Below, piece by piece: positions 59,168-64,000 of a stretch of DNA of 64,000 nt. Numbering within the stretch: position 1 is the first letter of the stretch; every line of letters begins with the position of its first letter. A program made the position numbers and the translations under genes. Origin of the DNA: Polyangiaceae bacterium (GTDB lineage Bacteria > Myxococcota_A > Polyangia > Polyangiales > Polyangiaceae); contig JANRKO010000011.1 of assembly GCA_033763455.1 (NCBI GenBank), forward strand, positions 32,001 through 96,000. The letters are read 5' to 3'. The notes under the pieces are model-generated. The model was not told the origin of the DNA and searched no databases. It worked only from the letters and a program-made list of their open reading frames with translations.

Positions 59168-60439
59168 ATGGATGCGATTCAGGTCCGCGGCACACGCCGA
59201 CTCTCAGGCTCAATCCGAGTTGGGGGTGCAAAAAACGCCGCCCTTCCCATCTTGTGCGCCACGCTGCTTTCGGAGGGCGAAAGCCTCCTTCGAAATGTCC
59301 CCGCGCTGCGCGACATTCACACCACAGGCGCCCTGTTGCGGTTCCTCGGCAGAACGGTCGAGGTCACGCCACCGACCCTCACCGTGCGAGCTGAAACGGG
59401 CAACATGCGCCCCGAAGCTCCGTACGAGCTGGTTCGCCAGATGCGAGCAAGCGTTCTGGTGTTGGGGCCGCTCGTGGCCCGTTACGGGCGCGCGCGAGTC
59501 TCCTTGCCCGGCGGTTGCGCGATTGGAGCACGCCCAGTCGACCAGCACCTCCGCGGGTTGGAAGCTTTGGGTGCGAAGATCCGCGTAGACCACGGCTACA
59601 TTGTTGCTGAAGCTGGCCGCTTGCGTGGCACCGAAATCGTCTTCGACATGCCCACGGTAACAGGCACCGAAAACATCATGATGGCGGCAGCCCTCGCCAA
59701 AGGAAAATCTGTTCTGGTTAACTGCGCTCGCGAACCAGAAGTGGAAGAACTCGGCAGGGTGCTAAACAAGATGGGCGCCAAGGTGGAAGGCGCTGGCACC
59801 AGCGTAATCCATATCGAAGGCAGGGATGCACTCGATCCATTTGATCATGCGGTGATCGCCGATCGCATTGAGGCCGGAACCTTCTTGGCGGCTGTCGGCG
59901 CGGCCGGCGGTGATGTGCTCCTGGAATATGCGCCCTTCGACGATCTCGAACCTGTAATCTACAAGCTGCGCCAAGCTGGGGTTGAAATCGAGCGCGAAGG
60001 CGAACACGTGCGTGTCCGACGTGAAGGCCCATTAAAGCCGCGGGATGTGACCACAGCGCCCCACCCCGGCTTCCCGACAGACATGCAGGCACAGTTCATG
60101 GCGCTCATGTGTTCGGCTGAAGGTAAGAGCGTGCTCACCGAAACAATCTTCGAGAATCGCTTCATGCACGTTCCTGAGCTCAGCCGCATGGGTGCAGATA
60201 TCGTGACCCACGGCAACACGGCCATTGTTCAAGGTGTAAAGAGCCTCTCGGGTGCGAGCGTGATGGCCACCGATCTCCGAGCCAGCGCGTCCCTCGTAAT
60301 CGCGGGCCTGGTCGCCGATGGCGAGACCACCGTACGCCGCGTGTACCACCTCGATCGCGGTTACGAACGCATCGAAGAAAAGCTAAAAGGCGTGGGCGCC
60401 GACATCGAACGCATCAAGCTTGAGGACCACGACTCTTGA
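59168..60439 (+). CDS. murA: UDP-N-acetylglucosamine 1-carboxyvinyltransferase
   Basis: [49 protein letters not shown]. Confidence 0.99.
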   Translation: MDAIQVRGTRRLSGSIRVGGAKNAALPILCATLLSEGESLLRNVPALRDIHTTGALLRFLGRTVEVTPPTLTVRAETGNMRPEAPYELVRQMRASVLVLGPLVARYGRARVSLPGGCAIGARPVDQHLRGLEALGAKIRVDHGYIVAEAGRLRGTEIVFDMPTVTGTENIMMAAALAKGKSVLVNCAREPEVEELGRVLNKMGAKVEGAGTSVIHIEGRDALDPFDHAVIADRIEAGTFLAAVGAAGGDVLLEYAPFDDLEPVIYKLRQAGVEIEREGEHVRVRREGPLKPRDVTTAPHPGFPTDMQAQFMALMCSAEGKSVLTETIFENRFMHVPELSRMGADIVTHGNTAIVQGVKSLSGASVMATDLRASASLVIAGLVADGETTVRRVYHLDRGYERIEEKLKGVGADIERIKLEDHDS

Positions 60440-61065
60440 AACCGATCACGATAGCGATTCCCAAAGGCCGCGTTACCCAAGCGCTCGCGCCGCTTTTTCG
60501 CCACGCCGGCCTGGATACCTCGCCGCTTGATTCGGACGATCGGCGCCTGATTCGCTCCACGGACGACGAGAGCCTGCGCTTCCTTTTGTTAAAGCCCGAT
60601 GATGTGCCCACCTACGTGGAGTACGGTGCCGTGGATCTTGGCATCAGCGGTCGCGACGTACTTCTTGAACGCCGCTACGACCTCTACCAGCCGCTCGATT
60701 TGGGCGTCGGCAAATGTCGCATGATCGTGGCAGGCCCCAAGGGCCAAAAAGCTCCGCCCCTGCCGCGCATCGCTACCAAGTTCCCCCGCATCGCCGCCGA
60801 ACACTTCGCCAAGAAGGGCATCCAAGCCGAAATCATTTTCGTGCAAGGCTCAGTGGAGCTCGCCCCGCTTGTAGGCCTTTCTGATCTGATCGTGGATATC
60901 GCTGAATCCGGGAAAACCCTCGTGGAAAACGGACTTGAAGAGCAGGAGTTCATTTGCTCCATCTCCAGTGTCCTCGTGGCCAATCGGGCGCTTTATAAGC
61001 TCCGCCACGACACCATCGCCCCCGTTGTGGAGCGCCTGCGCAAGGCGGTTGAGTTGCTGGGGTAG
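60436..61065 (+). CDS. hisG: ATP phosphoribosyltransferase, short form
   Basis: [41 protein letters not shown]; no C-terminal regulatory domain. Confidence 0.96.
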   Translation: MKPITIAIPKGRVTQALAPLFRHAGLDTSPLDSDDRRLIRSTDDESLRFLLLKPDDVPTYVEYGAVDLGISGRDVLLERRYDLYQPLDLGVGKCRMIVAGPKGQKAPPLPRIATKFPRIAAEHFAKKGIQAEIIFVQGSVELAPLVGLSDLIVDIAESGKTLVENGLEEQEFICSISSVLVANRALYKLRHDTIAPVVERLRKAVELLG

Positions 61066-61120
61066 CGAAGGCCACCCCAAGCTTGCACATGGGGTACCCC
61101 CGAGCCCCCAGCGACTCGGC

Positions 61121-61804
61121 TCACGCCGCTGGCGGCGCATCCAGCACCACGAACGGCTCTATCTTCTTCAGCCCCTTCACCCCGATACCCTTCACGCGCA
61201 GCAAATCCGTCACTTTGCGAAACCGACCCAGCCGGGCTCGCAAATCCAAAATCGATTGAGCGCGTTTAGGGCCCACTCCCGGCAGCTTGACGAGATCAGA
61301 AACCTCCGCCGCATTCAGCACCACTTTGCCGTCCGCGGTTTTCCCTGGCGTGGCACCTTCGCCCGTGCCAGCCGCACCAGCGGGTGCACTTGACGCAACT
61401 CCGGTTGAACCCGCTGCGCTTGACGCCCCCGAAGCCGCTGGACACGGCTGCACTTGGACGGGAACAGCCGAGGCCTGCCCGGCCTTTCCCTTCTCCGCCG
61501 ACGAACCTGCCAGCCACTCATTGTTGCCGCGTGCGTGCGCCTTATCCTCCGCGGCGCGTGCTTCAGCGATGGATAACACGCTCCGCCCTTCGTGCTGAAG
61601 CGACCAATACCCAAGCCCTGCAAAGCCCAGAATGGCAACGCCACCCAGCACCACTTTGGCCACCACGGGCACCCACACACTTTGAAAAAACGGGCGCTTT
61701 TTCGGCTCAAGCGGTGCTCCAAAAGTGCAGGGAGCCCCCCCGGGCTCCATGGCGCTCGTTCCACACTGTTCGGATTTCTCTTCAAATGTAAGTTCTTGCG
61801 ACAT
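61121..61804 (-). CDS. comEA: ComEA family DNA-binding protein (TM plus helix-hairpin-helix)
   Basis: VVLNAA...LVKLPGVGPKRAQSI...RFRKVTDLLRVKGIG. Confidence 0.92.
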   Translation of the reverse strand: MSQELTFEEKSEQCGTSAMEPGGAPCTFGAPLEPKKRPFFQSVWVPVVAKVVLGGVAILGFAGLGYWSLQHEGRSVLSIAEARAAEDKAHARGNNEWLAGSSAEKGKAGQASAVPVQVQPCPAASGASSAAGSTGVASSAPAGAAGTGEGATPGKTADGKVVLNAAEVSDLVKLPGVGPKRAQSILDLRARLGRFRKVTDLLRVKGIGVKGLKKIEPFVVLDAPPAA

Positions 61805-61834
61805 CTCCCTGCTCCTTTGGAAGAAGGTTAACGC

Positions 61835-62077
61835 TTACGCGCTCTTGGCGATGGGCAACGTTTCCGCGCCTCCGCCAAATCCCCTTGCGGACGGCCCCGC
61901 AAATTCGTCCTTCGCTACGAAGTCCCGAATGTGGAGCTCACCGGTAATCGGCAGCGCCTCCAAGCGAACATTCAACGACCCATCGCGATTGACGAAAGCG
62001 ACCCCGACGCGATTCCAATATTTATTTTCATTGCGCTCGGTGATCACGTAAACGGCCTTCATTCTGCTGTTTTCCAT
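61835..62077 (-). CDS. Small beta-rich protein, putative ssDNA-binding
   Basis: YWNRVGVAFVNRDGSLNVRLEALP pattern; upstream of comEA; function is inference. Confidence 0.65.
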   Translation of the reverse strand: MENSRMKAVYVITERNENKYWNRVGVAFVNRDGSLNVRLEALPITGELHIRDFVAKDEFAGPSARGFGGGAETLPIAKSA

Positions 62078-62163
62078 CTCTACTATTTCCTAACTGTTTC
62101 TCTATTTGGTTGGTTGCTTCGAAGCGCATCCGGCGAACCTTCGTCGCTTCTGGGGAGCAACTT

Positions 62164-62180
62164 TGCGAAGCTCGTGCCAA
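62164..62180 (-). promoter_or_regulatory. sigma54 promoter of the small-protein/comEA operon
   Basis: TTGGCACGAGCTTCGCA; strong -24 TGGCACG, GG-N10-GC; CACTTTGG/CACTTCAG boxes at 62221-62255. Confidence 0.7.
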
Positions 62181-62380
62181 GGCAAAAATGGGCGAAATCC
62201 GAGAGCAAGCAGCAGCTGGCCTGAAGTGGCGGACTGTCCAAAGTGGCCAAATGGACGGACACCCCCTCAGGATTTGGGGGGTATCGGCGTTGTGCAAACA
62301 CCCACTTTCATGCTCGACTCGCTGACCGCGACCCATGCTCGCGAATGCTTGGCGGCGGCGCCTCTTACGCTCACGAGCAG

Positions 62381-62399
62381 GTACTTAGCATGCTAACTT
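62381..62399. repeat. Palindrome copy 3, GTACTTAGCATGCTAACTT
   Basis: Perfect core TTAGCATGCTAA; matches the copies at 32968 and 39583. Confidence 0.65.
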
Positions 62400-62590
62400 T
62401 CGGCACCGAAGCCGTGGAGGGCCCACTTCCACGCGGGTACCACTCGAATGTTGCCAGCCCGAGAGGCAATGGTCTCCTCAGAGTGAAGCGTTACGATTGT
62501 ACCCTCTTTGAGAAACAGCTCCTCCATCGCTTCCTCTAGTGCCCGGACCTCTCGCTCACGGGTCTTCGCTTCCTCCAGCTCAACGCAAGT
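62393..62590 (-). pseudogene. C-terminal remnant of an AAA_14/DUF4143-type ATPase
   Basis: C..L...KTREREVRALEEAMEEL..KEGTIVT...EETI...IRVVPAWKW without the ATPase body. Confidence 0.65.
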
Positions 62591-62725
62591 CCTTGCACCA
62601 AGGACAGATAAACAAGTCAGGCTGATTTTCATCCCGCCCCCAGCTGTACGCCCCGGGCTGCGAGACCAAATGCGCCTTTTCCCCGCCAACCTGACACCTC
62701 CCCCAACCTGAGGCATATTTGCTGG

Positions 62726-63457
62726 GTGCCGCGCGTAAACTTCGAAGCCCCCATGCTCCAAGTTTGCGCCCCGCGTTCGCTCTTCGTCGCCGCGCTGCTG
62801 TTGGGGACGGCCGCTTGTTCCACCATTCCGCGTCAGCCCCCTGGAAAGCCACCGTCGCCGCAGTCTGTTACGGTGTCAGCGCCTGGCGGGGATGCCCATG
62901 ATCCGCACGCAGCGGCTCTCGCGCGCCAGCTCGCTGAAGGTTGGGGCTCTGGGTACGACAAAGATCAGCAATTATTCGTGCCGCTTCCGGATGGTGCACA
63001 CTGGCGAAGAGTTCGCTTTTTTGGGGTCGAGCATTTTTTGGGGTTTAGGTACGGAGATGATCATGACGTGGTCGCCGTGGTGTCTATTTTGGATGCGCCC
63101 GATGAGCCCACGCCCACCAGTGAAACGTGCATGAAGCGTTTTGAAGCGTGGGCCAGGCCACAAACGCGCGGCTACGATGTAGCGCTTGGCCCCATATCCG
63201 AAACACACGTAACTTGGCGCAATCAATCTATCGTTGTGCACCAGATGGATGGGCACATTGATATCGCGTTTTCCCGCCGAAAGTTCTCCGGCGCCTGGGC
63301 CAGCTACGCTCCGTACCCCCACGCTTGCCTCATCTACGCCATGGCAGCTCCTTGGGGAAAGAGTGAAGCATTGGCTCGGCAGGTGCGCGCACGCTGGGTC
63401 GCAGAAGCCTTTGCCCAGGTGAATCCTGTAACGGCAGAGCGGCCAGTGCGCAAGTAA
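62726..63457 (+). CDS. Lipoprotein of unknown function
   Basis: TAAC lipobox; Pro-rich linker. Confidence 0.7.
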   Translation: MPRVNFEAPMLQVCAPRSLFVAALLLGTAACSTIPRQPPGKPPSPQSVTVSAPGGDAHDPHAAALARQLAEGWGSGYDKDQQLFVPLPDGAHWRRVRFFGVEHFLGFRYGDDHDVVAVVSILDAPDEPTPTSETCMKRFEAWARPQTRGYDVALGPISETHVTWRNQSIVVHQMDGHIDIAFSRRKFSGAWASYAPYPHACLIYAMAAPWGKSEALARQVRARWVAEAFAQVNPVTAERPVRK

Positions 63458-63561
63458 ACGCCGGCGGCTACACCCCCTCAATGTGCGCAGCGAGGGATAG
63501 CTTCGCCGGCACACCAACAGAAGTCCGCGATGTGAGGTGGCCATGAACCCCATAAGGCTAG

Positions 63562-63978
63562 CTATATCTTCAGCAGATTCTCAAACGGCTTTCTATTTTT
63601 CCAACGGTAGGCGCCAAAATCGCGTGTGTCGGTGGAGAATATGCGGCCAGAATTGAGCGATTCGGCGCAGATCACCAAAGATGCATCCGCAAGATCCATG
63701 GGCAGGCTCCTGTACTTCTTCATGAGCTCAACGATGCGATCGAGGTGTACGGCGCCGAGCTCAAACACATTGAAGGCTCCGCGCGCGGCGTTCGACATGA
63801 AGAGCGAGGCTGCATCCACGCTCAACCGCGCCACAAGCAAATGGCACGTTTCCGTGAGCACGGGCCACGTTGTTATTAGCGGCTCCCTGGCGCTGGATAG
63901 CGCCGCTTTGGCAGCCTTGTGGTGCTGATCTTTTCGATTCGCGAGCGCTAGCCAAAAACCCGTGTCCGCCAAAATCAT
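63562..63978 (-). CDS. vapC: VapC family PIN-domain toxin
   Basis: MILADTGFWLAL, VLTETC, MDLADAS, FSTDTRDF; an ATGA overlap suggests an antitoxin running off the window end (...RAQRRAK*). Confidence 0.92.
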   Translation of the reverse strand: MILADTGFWLALANRKDQHHKAAKAALSSAREPLITTWPVLTETCHLLVARLSVDAASLFMSNAARGAFNVFELGAVHLDRIVELMKKYRSLPMDLADASLVICAESLNSGRIFSTDTRDFGAYRWKNRKPFENLLKI

Positions 63979-64000
63979 TTTGCACGCCTCTGGGCCCGCG

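Noticed and set aside
59168..61065. murA-hisG coupling
   Set aside because: A common conserved arrangement; short HisG simply implies hisZ elsewhere

Overview
A gene-dense, GC-rich bacterial window whose gene content (Cys-rich vWA and NlpC/P60 lipoproteins, PP2C-cNMP fusion, FHA-CpaF fusion, several sigma54-type promoters) points to a myxobacterium, probably Polyangiaceae/Sorangiineae-like; this taxonomy is inference. It holds a large Tad/Flp (type IVc) pilus locus split into two divergent blocks (9186-20760 and 26993-30336) with two CpaF ATPases. Housekeeping genes include dnaK, tRNA-Ala(CGC), murA, hisG, xseB and a RluA-family gene. Competence-associated genes (comEA, radC, a cinA-like gene) are also present, along with many small toxin-antitoxin/defence-type modules and pseudogene remnants. 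The most interesting signals are not in the ORF track. (1) A Thr-rich leader peptide with alternative hairpins forms an attenuator for an editing-domain-less second ThrRS, a candidate inducible resistance enzyme. (2) sigma54 promoters and a shared CACYTGG-type upstream motif link the flp pilin, radC, an rpn gene and a small-protein/comEA operon, a candidate Tad-linked competence regulon. (3) An unexplained TACTTAGCATGCTAAGTA-type palindrome recurs at three intergenic sites. (4) An NlpC/P60 hydrolase-lipoprotein pair sits inside the Tad locus. No CRISPR array, rRNA, integrase or transposase was seen. All family assignments come from motif recognition, not database searches.
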